Shown piece by piece: positions 56,240 to 64,000 of a DNA stretch of 64,000 nucleotides. The position numbers were made by a program, and so were the translations under genes. The notes beneath the pieces are model-generated. The model saw only the letters and a program-made list of their open reading frames with translations, was not told the origin of the DNA and searched no databases. Source of the DNA: an uncultured virus (IMG/VR IMGVR_UViG_2882234885_000004) (Duplodnaviria > Heunggongvirae > Uroviricota > Caudoviricetes); the IMG/VR virus record IMGVR_UViG_2882234885_000004. One strand, written 5' to 3'. The stretch's first letter is position 1. Every line of letters starts with the position of its first letter.

Positions 56240-56689
56240 ATGGACGGAACTTTGAGTAAAATCGGCATCATCGACCTTGCTGAACGTGCTTCCCATCTTC
56301 CTGTGAATCGGATGGTTTACATCTACGGAAGGGAGGACATCAGTGCTGGGGAGACCTATGGTCTCATGGTCACGGATGCCTTCGAGACACGGATGTATCT
56401 GTTGTGTTACCTGGGCCACACCCATTGCAAGGCGGTCTCCTGCGACAGCGGCATGGAGCACACAGAGGAGATTTCCGCTATCCGGGACATTCTGGAAAGT
56501 GCCTGGATGGAAGCCGAACTCACCGATTTCTACGTTGATGAGAGACAGTGGAGTGAAAAGCCCGCCGACATCACTCCTTGGCTGCTTGGTATCGGATGTG
56601 CCAGTAAGAAAAGCAGGGGAGGGGCAGCCACATTGGTTGCCCCTCTCTTCAAAGGAGATGAATCATTTGAAGTACTATCTGAGTTATGA
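56240..56689 (+). CDS. hypothetical protein
   Basis: AAGGAG RBS. Confidence 0.65.
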   Translation: MDGTLSKIGIIDLAERASHLPVNRMVYIYGREDISAGETYGLMVTDAFETRMYLLCYLGHTHCKAVSCDSGMEHTEEISAIRDILESAWMEAELTDFYVDERQWSEKPADITPWLLGIGCASKKSRGGAATLVAPLFKGDESFEVLSEL

Positions 56690-56996
56690 CCATGTGGGGT
56701 CCCATGGGCCTGTACAGATGCAGGTCATTCCATACGACCCGTCCAACGGTGTCCGTGTGGTCGGCAAAAGTACCTTCCTCTACCACGGCAGTCTGATTGT
56801 CTCGGGCCTATTTGATACCATCAAAGAGGCCCTTGCAGACCTTGGGACGTACTCGAAGCCCACCAGGCTGCCGGATGGAAGTTCTGTAATTCCGGCCGCA
56901 GCCAACGGCTATGAGCGGGATGACAGTCCGTTCCAGAGATGGCATCCCGGAGTGCAGGAGTTATGGCCCGGAGACCCTGGTTGGGGCCTTGTATGA
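56667..56996 (+). CDS. hypothetical protein
   Basis: TTG after AAGGAG within track ORF 56343. Confidence 0.55.
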   Translation: MKYYLSYDHVGSHGPVQMQVIPYDPSNGVRVVGKSTFLYHGSLIVSGLFDTIKEALADLGTYSKPTRLPDGSSVIPAAANGYERDDSPFQRWHPGVQELWPGDPGWGLV

Positions 56997-57010
56997 GGGG
57001 GGCGTTCAAA

Positions 57011-57304
57011 GTGGATACAATCAGTTCCTATGAGAGTCAGGTAAAAAACAGTATCTTTCAGGTGTTCAACGGTGTCGAGACGGAAGTGGAGGCTATGGTA
57101 TTTGCCAATTATGCCATGCGGCAGTTGAAAGAGTCGCAGAACCCCAAATTTTCCAGGGAGACATCCACTGCTTTTATCAATCTCTTGGCAGAGATGCTCC
57201 ACCGAGAGATGCACAGCATCTATGGAAGCCAGGTCTTTGACTATTCGCTGGATACAGCAGTGACGGACGCCAAGATTTGCCTTCAATCTGAAAGAATGGT
57301 ATAA
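57011..57304 (+). CDS. hypothetical protein
   Basis: GTG after GAGGGG. Confidence 0.55.
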   Translation: MDTISSYESQVKNSIFQVFNGVETEVEAMVFANYAMRQLKESQNPKFSRETSTAFINLLAEMLHREMHSIYGSQVFDYSLDTAVTDAKICLQSERMV

Positions 57305-57431
57305 TTTACTCAAATTAAGGAAGTATCGAAATCACAGCCAATCTCATAACACTTCAAGCAGCTATATCCTTTGGGGTATAGCTGCTTTTTATATATATAC
57401 AAACAATCTTTACAAAAACGGAGGAATCACT
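57277..57431 (+). promoter_or_regulatory. conserved operon leader L12
   Basis: TTGCCT 57277, TGgTATAAT ending 57305, AAGGAAGTATC 57317, hairpin 57356-57387 plus T-run, ATATATACAAAC, GGAGG. Confidence 0.88.
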
Positions 57432-57884
57432 ATGTTCAGAGTAGACAGTTCCAGATTCAACAACTATCCTGCGTATGAGTTCAACCTGGAGCACCTCGAC
57501 TTCTATCAAGTCGGGAATAAGGACCTCTACATCGTCTGCCGCGCAGGTGGAAGCACCGATGACTGTGTGCAGACAGGGAGTCAGGAGTATATCAACGGCT
57601 GGCTGTATGGTGCAGTCCAGGCCGCGTGTGGTCAGCTTCGCAAGCGCATGGAAAGCTATCCAGAGCTTCGAAATTATGACGAGGACCATCAGTATGACAT
57701 GAACCGGGAACCTGATGACGTACCCGGGAACGAATTGGGCCGCTATGAAATCGTGTTCAAAGTACACGAAGACCACTACTATTGCTTTGCTGATGCAGTC
57801 AACATGGACGAAGCCCTGGGTCAGTTTTTCAAGCATCATCCCAATATTACTTATGGGATGGTTGTTGACCACATGGAAGTATAA
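57432..57884 (+). CDS. hypothetical protein
   Basis: First gene after L12. Confidence 0.7.
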   Translation: MFRVDSSRFNNYPAYEFNLEHLDFYQVGNKDLYIVCRAGGSTDDCVQTGSQEYINGWLYGAVQAACGQLRKRMESYPELRNYDEDHQYDMNREPDDVPGNELGRYEIVFKVHEDHYYCFADAVNMDEALGQFFKHHPNITYGMVVDHMEV

Positions 57885-57910
57885 CCAGCATTTGAAAGGG
57901 GAGAAAAGTA

Positions 57911-58165
57911 TTGAAAAACACCGTTATTTCGGAAAAAGTGCTTCACGATGCATCCGAATATATCAATGAGCATCCGGGTAACTTTTTCAAGTCTGACGCT
58001 GAGGAACTGAAGAAGTTCAACAGTGCGGAATTCAAGGAGCACGCATTGTCCGAACTTCAGGGTTCCATGGCCTATTCTGGCAATACGGTCTTTGCCGTCT
58101 ACACAGCGGCAGACCTCGCCAGATATGTATGGAATATTTTCCTGAACTGGGCCTGGGGGTGGTGA
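57911..58165 (+). CDS. hypothetical protein
   Basis: TTG after GGGGAG. Confidence 0.6.
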   Translation: MKNTVISEKVLHDASEYINEHPGNFFKSDAEELKKFNSAEFKEHALSELQGSMAYSGNTVFAVYTAADLARYVWNIFLNWAWGW

Positions 58166-58166
58166 T

Positions 58167-58562
58167 ATGGGCAACTATCCTATCTTTCCCATTGCAGAGG
58201 GCCAGAAGGTGTTCCTGGAGCCTTGCGGAAACGCAGCCAGATGGCACGGCGCAAAGGCTCCGTTGGAGGCTACCATCACCGCTATCAAGCGGAAGTACAT
58301 CTATGTAGATGTTCCTGCTGTCCACGGAACCTTGAAGTTCTTCCGAGACACCTTGGAATACTGCGATAACTGCGAAACGAACTCATCCTACGTCATGTAT
58401 CCCTCCAAGGAGGAGTACGAGGCGGAAATCGATACCAGAGAGAAGGAGCGTGTCGTAGTCGGTTATTTCCGTGATTACACGATGAACAAAATTCGCAGAC
58501 GTGGCCTATCCCGTGAGGCCCTGAATACCATCTACCGGCTGATTCAAGAAGAGTTGAATTAA
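58167..58562 (+). CDS. hypothetical protein (beta-barrel-like)
   Basis: GQKVFL...EATITAIKRKYIYV. Confidence 0.65.
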   Translation: MGNYPIFPIAEGQKVFLEPCGNAARWHGAKAPLEATITAIKRKYIYVDVPAVHGTLKFFRDTLEYCDNCETNSSYVMYPSKEEYEAEIDTREKERVVVGYFRDYTMNKIRRRGLSREALNTIYRLIQEELN

Positions 58563-58587
58563 CAAATATTTACAGGGAGAAATTTAT

Positions 58588-59109
58588 ATGCTAAAGTCTT
58601 ACTATGCCTTAGTTCTTTGCGATAGCCCTTGTGATGCTCAGGATACTGTGGAGCGAATGCAGGCACAGGGGCTGGATGCAACTGCTGTTGGACAGGGAGT
58701 ACAGGTCAGCAGACAGTTTACCCTCCGCGAGGAGGGCCCGAAGTACTCCCCACAGTGGGAGGTGTCCCTGATGAACGCCATTACCGACGAAATCGGTGCG
58801 GAGGAAATGATTCGGGATGCTGTAAAGGCAACTGGCAAGCCGTATGTGCTTCTGGACGAGGCTGACGCCGATTCCTCCATTTCGCTCAATGAGCGGTTGG
58901 AGGGTCTGGGAGACCATGAGGCATTTGCCAACATTGCCGCTGTGGAGCGTCTGCAGACCAAGCTGATTGACGGGCTGGACTTGGACGATAAGCCGTCGTT
59001 GCAGGAAGCCTTTCAGTACAGAGCCGCTTTGGACGTTGTACTTAGTATTGCGAAGAAGGCCCTGATTCAGAAACTGTCCAGCGAAGGAGGGCTGCAGGAT
59101 GCAACCTGA
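58588..59109 (+). CDS. hypothetical protein
   Basis: GGGAG RBS. Confidence 0.7.
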   Translation: MLKSYYALVLCDSPCDAQDTVERMQAQGLDATAVGQGVQVSRQFTLREEGPKYSPQWEVSLMNAITDEIGAEEMIRDAVKATGKPYVLLDEADADSSISLNERLEGLGDHEAFANIAAVERLQTKLIDGLDLDDKPSLQEAFQYRAALDVVLSIAKKALIQKLSSEGGLQDAT

Positions 59110-59506
59110 CTTCATCATTCAGGAAGATGCGGCATCTGTATTGCTCAAAACCCGGTGGATGGCCTGCTACACGCTGCGAGACTCCTATCCCGGCCACGCA
59201 AGCAGATGCTTTGAAAGTCTGGACCAGAGGAGGCGAGGGCAAATCATTGCCATCTTCTCCCGGTCTGACCATGAACCTTCCGAGCAGGATATCACGGCAG
59301 CCTATAACAAAATCCTTGCCCAAGAAATCGAGGACTCTGTGCAGACAGCCATCGAAGAATGGGGCGGAGACCGGGCTACCGTCGAAGTAGAAATCGCAAA
59401 GACGATTCACGAACTTTTCGACGTGTTCGGGGAAAATCCCCGGCCCGTGATACAAGAAAGCACAGAGGGAGACTCTGGAAAAGGCCAACCTGATTTGCCA
59501 TTTTGA
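59099..59506 (+). CDS. hypothetical protein
   Basis: AAGGAGG RBS. Confidence 0.65.
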   Translation: MQPDFIIQEDAASVLLKTRWMACYTLRDSYPGHASRCFESLDQRRRGQIIAIFSRSDHEPSEQDITAAYNKILAQEIEDSVQTAIEEWGGDRATVEVEIAKTIHELFDVFGENPRPVIQESTEGDSGKGQPDLPF

Positions 59507-59524
59507 AAAAAGGAGAAAAAATAA

Positions 59525-59980
59525 ATGCGAAAATTTTCTTTGCTCGCGGCACTGCTGCTAATTGTCTCTGTACTCGCAGGATGCACCGACGCTGGCCCAA
59601 ACAACGATACGGTTCCGTCTGACTTGACCTATACAGGCACATTCCTGGACCTGGTGGCCGAGGAAGAGCGGAACACGCCGCCGGTGGACGGGGAACTGAA
59701 AATCACCAAGGTCGATAAGGAGACTGGCTGGTGCGTTGTACCAGCCATGAGTTCTGGTGATGCTGAGTTCCTGTATCCCCGTATGGACTACGACGGGGAG
59801 CGTTACCAGCTCCGGTTTGAAAATGGCCTTCTGACCGGCTATACGACGCTCGGCACAGGCGACCTGTCCGTCACTGCGGATGATGTCTACGGTACGGACG
59901 AAGATATGCTGGCGGAATTATTCGATGAATACGTCCGCCAAGTGAACGAATTCCTTGAATCAGAAGAAGCCAAAGAGTAA
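59525..59980 (+). CDS. predicted lipoprotein
   Basis: MRKF, hydrophobic stretch, LAGC lipobox. Confidence 0.8.
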   Translation: MRKFSLLAALLLIVSVLAGCTDAGPNNDTVPSDLTYTGTFLDLVAEEERNTPPVDGELKITKVDKETGWCVVPAMSSGDAEFLYPRMDYDGERYQLRFENGLLTGYTTLGTGDLSVTADDVYGTDEDMLAELFDEYVRQVNEFLESEEAKE

Positions 59981-59984
59981 CCAG

Positions 59985-60021
59985 AAAAACCCGGCGTTGT
60001 TCAAAACAACGTCGGGTTTTT
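59985..60021 (+). terminator. intrinsic terminator
   Basis: AAAAACCCGGCGTTGT/ACAACGTCGGGTTTTT. Confidence 0.75.
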
Positions 60022-60080
60022 GCTTATTTATGCGAAAAATGGTACAATACTTACACAAAACACCATGAGGAGAGGATTCT

Positions 60081-60908
60081 ATGAGCAGTCTCGGCCATTC
60101 GGCCTTTCATGCCGGGATAAGCGGCCTGCGTGCCCGCTCGGCGCTGACCAGCGCATACCAGCAGGGCGACGTGAAAAAGGTAAAGCGGTTCTTCAAAACA
60201 GTGGATATTGGGGGCAAGGTTGGCGGCCTCTTTATGGCTCTCATCCTTGTGGCGCTCTCCATATCTATGTTTATGACGGCATTCAGCAGTCAGACTGATG
60301 GCAGCCGCACCGCGCCTTCTATCCCCGCAGAGGCCGGTGCATTGCCGGTCACGGCAGTATACGACGATACAGGCTTCGTGGCGGATTATCATATTGAGCA
60401 TCTGCCAGACTCCTTTGAACATATCGCGGATGACTACCACATCCAGACCGCTGTCTATTCTTCTTCCGCCCCGGCACACGACGTTTACGATTCCATTTTC
60501 ACAGATGAGAATGGCGTTGTCCTCTACATTGAGGAGCACGAGGACTATGGAACGCTGACCTATTACTGGGGCGACAATCTGGACAGTATCTTCACAGCAG
60601 AGAATATCGAGATTCTGGACTCAGCTCAGACCTACTTGGACGCCCGCACGCATGACCGGGCAAGCAACGTGGTGTCTGACTTCAGAACAGGATTGAACCA
60701 GCTTTTTAACGGTCCTGAACACAAATCTTTATCCGCTCCGTTCGAGTTCGCCACAGCGATTTTCTGGCTCCTGATGGCCCCAGTCTTCTATCTACTGGTC
60801 AATTTCCTAATCTGTGGTTTAGTCGGAGTGCCGTTCTCAAAGAAGAAGCGCAAAGCATTCCTAGACCGGCTGGTCTCCAGCATGGAGCAGAATCCAGCTC
60901 CTACCTAA
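60081..60908 (+). CDS. membrane protein (2 TM with extracellular domain)
   Basis: Two hydrophobic helices; own promoter TTGCTT-17-TACAAT at 60020-60048. Confidence 0.7.
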   Translation: MSSLGHSAFHAGISGLRARSALTSAYQQGDVKKVKRFFKTVDIGGKVGGLFMALILVALSISMFMTAFSSQTDGSRTAPSIPAEAGALPVTAVYDDTGFVADYHIEHLPDSFEHIADDYHIQTAVYSSSAPAHDVYDSIFTDENGVVLYIEEHEDYGTLTYYWGDNLDSIFTAENIEILDSAQTYLDARTHDRASNVVSDFRTGLNQLFNGPEHKSLSAPFEFATAIFWLLMAPVFYLLVNFLICGLVGVPFSKKKRKAFLDRLVSSMEQNPAPT

Positions 60909-60909
60909 T

Positions 60910-61064
60910 TTGACCATCTACCATGCAGATGGTACAATAATAGTATCAATCAAGGGAGTATCTACTACAATCATCATATTATTTCAAGGCAGCAATCTCG
61001 TTACTGAGGTTGCTGTCTTTTTCAATATATACACAAACGATTTATCAAAGGAGGTTTTTGTACG
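60910..61064 (+). promoter_or_regulatory. conserved operon leader L13
   Basis: TTGACC 60910, TGgTACAAT ending 60938, AAGGGAGTATC 60952, hairpin 60986-61019 plus T-run, ATATACACAAAC, AAGGAGG. Confidence 0.9.
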
Positions 61065-62588
61065 ATGCAAAACAGTACCAGCAACGACAAGCAAATCAAA
61101 AAGAGCCGCCGGGGACTGACATTCAGCTTTCCGTCGGCAGGACGTCTTTCCGTGGGAAGTCACTATGACTATGTAATCGAGAAGGCGTCGAGAAGCATCC
61201 GCATCGTCCCTGCAGAGGCCGGACAGTACAAAATTTCTCGAAAGAAGAACGGGAAGATATGGAGTTCCCTGGTAGACCTCAGAAATAAGGAGATTTTGGA
61301 TGCGGTCGCTGAGATGGAGCAGCTTTATGTTCACATCAGCGATGACCAAATCATCGTCTCCGATGGAAAGGTACACACAGGAGCCGTATCCAAGAAGACA
61401 AGTCCCATTATCGTGTTCCAGCGTGCGGACCTGGCAAGGCTTCGCATGGCGGCTGGCCTAGATGATATTTCGGCTGCAGGGCGGATTCTGGAGTACACAC
61501 AAATCAGCCTGGATGAATACCTGGCTGAGTCTCAGGACCCGCTATCGGTCTCTACTGTCCAAAAGGACATCGCCGATATCTACACGGTCGTCTCACTGTT
61601 CAGCGGCGCAGGCATCCTGGATTGGCCATTTGCACAGGACCCGAAGTTCTCTATCCGCTACGCCATCGACTATGACGCTGCGGCCTGCGAGACATACCGG
61701 AAAAACATCGGGATGCACATTGTCCATGGGGACATCCACAAGGCTTTCACCCAAGCAGGGTATCCTCTGGATGAAACGGTCTCTGACCCAGACATCATCA
61801 TCGGCGGCCCGTCCTGTAAGCCATTCTCGAATGCCAACCGCCATACCAGGCTGGACGACCACCCGGACAGCGACCTCATCGTGCAGTACATGCGCATTGT
61901 CAAAACCTTGAAACCCAAGGTATTTGCCATGGAGAATGTGCCCGAGGTGCTGACTGCCTGCGGCGGTGCGTATTTTGACGCCATCAAGGAGACCGTCAAG
62001 GAGTGTGGATATGAGTTGGGCGCTAATATCGTCCAGGACTCCAAAGTCGGCGGTTACACGACCCGGAAGCGTGCCGTTATCCTTGGCAGCCGGATTGGAG
62101 CAGTCTCATTTCCTCCGTTGGAACTGACTTCTGGTATTCACACTGCGGGGGAGGCTCTCGGGAAGGTGACGCCGGAGTGGAGCAACTACTCTGATGTGAC
62201 GCTCCCTGGAGCGGATACGAAGAAACGGATGTCCTTCGTCCCGCAGGGAGGGAACTACCAGGATATCCCGGAGGAGTATCGGACGAACAGCAAGAACCGC
62301 CACTCCTGCACCTACCGCCGCCTGGCCTGGAATGAGCCGTCTCCGACGATTGTCAACTGGCGGAAACCGCCGCTGATTCATCCTCTGGAGGACCGGACTC
62401 TGACTGTGGCCGAAGCAAAAGCTCTCCAGGGCCTGCCGGGCGATTTTCGCATCTGCGGTACTCTTGGGCAGAAACAGCAGCAGGTAGGGAACTCCGTGCC
62501 TGTCGCACTCGGCCGGTATATCAAGAACGCGGTGTTAGCCCTGCTGCAGAAGGCGACACAGCATCAGCCGTGCGCTTCTATGGCCTAA
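61065..62588 (+). CDS. dcm: orphan DNA (cytosine-5) methyltransferase with N-terminal extension
   Basis: SLFSGAG, IIGGPSCKPFS, MENV, RKR, RTLTVAEAKALQG, QQVGNSVP. Confidence 0.92.
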   Translation: MQNSTSNDKQIKKSRRGLTFSFPSAGRLSVGSHYDYVIEKASRSIRIVPAEAGQYKISRKKNGKIWSSLVDLRNKEILDAVAEMEQLYVHISDDQIIVSDGKVHTGAVSKKTSPIIVFQRADLARLRMAAGLDDISAAGRILEYTQISLDEYLAESQDPLSVSTVQKDIADIYTVVSLFSGAGILDWPFAQDPKFSIRYAIDYDAAACETYRKNIGMHIVHGDIHKAFTQAGYPLDETVSDPDIIIGGPSCKPFSNANRHTRLDDHPDSDLIVQYMRIVKTLKPKVFAMENVPEVLTACGGAYFDAIKETVKECGYELGANIVQDSKVGGYTTRKRAVILGSRIGAVSFPPLELTSGIHTAGEALGKVTPEWSNYSDVTLPGADTKKRMSFVPQGGNYQDIPEEYRTNSKNRHSCTYRRLAWNEPSPTIVNWRKPPLIHPLEDRTLTVAEAKALQGLPGDFRICGTLGQKQQQVGNSVPVALGRYIKNAVLALLQKATQHQPCASMA

Positions 62589-62606
62589 TACACGGAGGTG
62601 AGAGGT

Positions 62607-62963
62607 ATGGAGACAGATATTGGAGAAATCCCCATTCACTACTTTTTGTCAACTTACGAGTTGGTCAAGAAGTCTGTTCCAGCGAGCTTCGTGCTCACGA
62701 TGCTTAATGGCGGCTATCTGACCTTTCTCGGTGATGCGGAGATAGTCAGCCAGATTCTGCAGATTCCACTATACGCCCAGGAAGTGCTCAATCACAGCAA
62801 GCCTGTGCCATACTGCTTTATCCCCATGGATGGATTCGGTGAAAACCTAGACACCATCATGGATGTGCAGGGGAGTGGTGTTGTTCTTGCTGACAAAAAT
62901 CCGGGAGTTGGAATTGAGACATTTGCAATTTTGCCCGCACAGATACAACTCTCACTATTCTGA
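62607..62963 (+). CDS. MutS domain-I-like small protein (divergent)
   Basis: Y..VKK..P....L....GGY..F.GDAEIVSQIL.I.L...VPYC.IP pattern. Confidence 0.5.
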   Translation: METDIGEIPIHYFLSTYELVKKSVPASFVLTMLNGGYLTFLGDAEIVSQILQIPLYAQEVLNHSKPVPYCFIPMDGFGENLDTIMDVQGSGVVLADKNPGVGIETFAILPAQIQLSLF

Positions 62964-63000
62964 TAAACTTATTCTGCGAGTAAAAAAGGAGACGTTTCAA

Positions 63001-63162
63001 ATGAAATTCGTTGATGCAAAAAAACTTCATGATGAAGATGAGGTAATTGTCAAAAAGACCGGCTGCGTGCTCCATGTGTTGGGGGACGTCGAGGTCGACG
63101 GGAAGGATGTGTTTATCCCGTGCGATGACGGAAAACTGTATCATCACACTGCCGTCAAATAA
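63001..63162 (+). CDS. small hypothetical protein
   Basis: AAGGAG RBS; hairpin 63171-63203 follows. Confidence 0.6.
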   Translation: MKFVDAKKLHDEDEVIVKKTGCVLHVLGDVEVDGKDVFIPCDDGKLYHHTAVK

Positions 63163-63285
63163 GTCCGTCAGGTCCCGCACAGATATATTTTCTGTGCGGG
63201 GCCTGGTTCAAAATGTAGACTTGCCTGGGATTGACCGGGACAAAAAGGTATAGTACAATAGCACAGACAGAAGGGAGGGAACCTT

Positions 63286-64000
63286 ATGCTGACTGGACTT
63301 ATCATGAGCGGGGACACACCCGTCGCCAGATTTTCTGGCCGGGCAGTCACCCCCATTTTGCCGAGCAGGGCTCCCCTATGTTTCCGTAATGGGGGAGACC
63401 TGGAGGCGTGGCTTGAAATGCGGGCCATCGACCGCCATCGGACGAATAGCCGCATTTTGAAGCGCGTGCTTCGGCTCGGCGACACCTCAGACCTGAACAC
63501 GGTCCTCCGTGTCCATGGCGCGACGATTACCGACAACTACTGGGTGAAGACGGATGATGAGCAAGACCTATGCTGTGAAAAGGTCCGCTTTTCCCAGAAC
63601 TACTTCGCGGACGTGGCTCTGCACGGCTCCTTTGACAGCTTCTCCAAGCAGTATACACCTGAGCAGCTCCGCACCCCAACGCCGGAACTGACCAACATCG
63701 GCAGTTACGAAAAGTGCTGGCGGCTGATAGATGGGGAGTGGGTTATGCTCAAGCAAGGCTCCATTTGTGAAATCTACTCTGAGGTGTTCACCGCCAAACT
63801 TGGAAAGCGCCTTGGCTTCCGAATGGCGGATTACCAGGTCATCGACGGCTGCGCCGCAACGACAGATTTCACGGAGGGCAGGCTCAACTTCGAACCCATG
63901 GCCTACCTCACAGGGGAAAACGAGGAGTACGCAGACAACTACCATGCATTGAAGCAGCTTCAACCCGGCCTGGAGCGGGAGTACCTGGACATCCTCTTCA
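63286..64000 (+). CDS. HipA/CtkA-like kinase, 3'-partial
   Basis: Manual translation: WLEMRAI...R, ITDNYWVK, TPELTNIGSYEKCW...WVMLKQG, EIYSEV; GGAGG RBS; promoter TTGACC-17-TACAAT at 63231-63259. Confidence 0.75.
   Translation, partial: MLTGLIMSGDTPVARFSGRAVTPILPSRAPLCFRNGGDLEAWLEMRAIDRHRTNSRILKRVLRLGDTSDLNTVLRVHGATITDNYWVKTDDEQDLCCEKVRFSQNYFADVALHGSFDSFSKQYTPEQLRTPTPELTNIGSYEKCWRLIDGEWVMLKQGSICEIYSEVFTAKLGKRLGFRMADYQVIDGCAATTDFTEGRLNFEPMAYLTGENEEYADNYHALKQLQPGLEREYLDILF

Noticed and set aside
3806..61064. Leaders as a CRISPR array or known T-box/riboswitch
   Set aside because: Copies are kilobases apart, each with its own promoter. There are no cas genes, no T-box consensus, and the pre-terminator region is short and unstructured.

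Overview
A 64-kb segment of a large mobile element. Its sigma-A-type promoters, strong Shine-Dalgarno (SD) sites and gene content suggest a Clostridia-like host. A megaplasmid/ICE fits best, but a jumbo-phage early region cannot be excluded: no virion genes, replicase or intact T4SS lie in the window. Nearly all genes are on the + strand and most are short hypotheticals. Recognisable genes: a DNA-entry nuclease C-terminus, HD hydrolase, sirtuin, SprT-DUF1848-UvrD operon, Phd/Doc, LexA-like and XRE regulators, an RpoD-like sigma factor, a stand-alone RNAP alpha-CTD protein, tRNA-Pro(TGG), Cmk/Gmk/Tmk-like kinases, an IscB (OMEGA) element plus a 74-bp remnant of a second one, a degenerate VirD4, ParB-like and TraX proteins, an orphan C5 methyltransferase and a HipA-like kinase. 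The main unexplained structure is non-coding. (1) 13 dispersed operon leaders share one architecture: TTGAC-17/18 nt-extended -10 promoter, AAGGAAGTATC box at fixed distance, G-poor linker, covarying terminator hairpin with U-tract, ATATACACAAA motif, RBS. This suggests an element-wide attenuation/antitermination regulon or an sRNA family. (2) Four genes have their SD separated from the start codon by a long hairpin. (3) Phased 8-bp repeat arrays sit at operon boundaries. (4) GATC appears strongly avoided. Family calls rest on motifs recognised by eye, and no searches were run.
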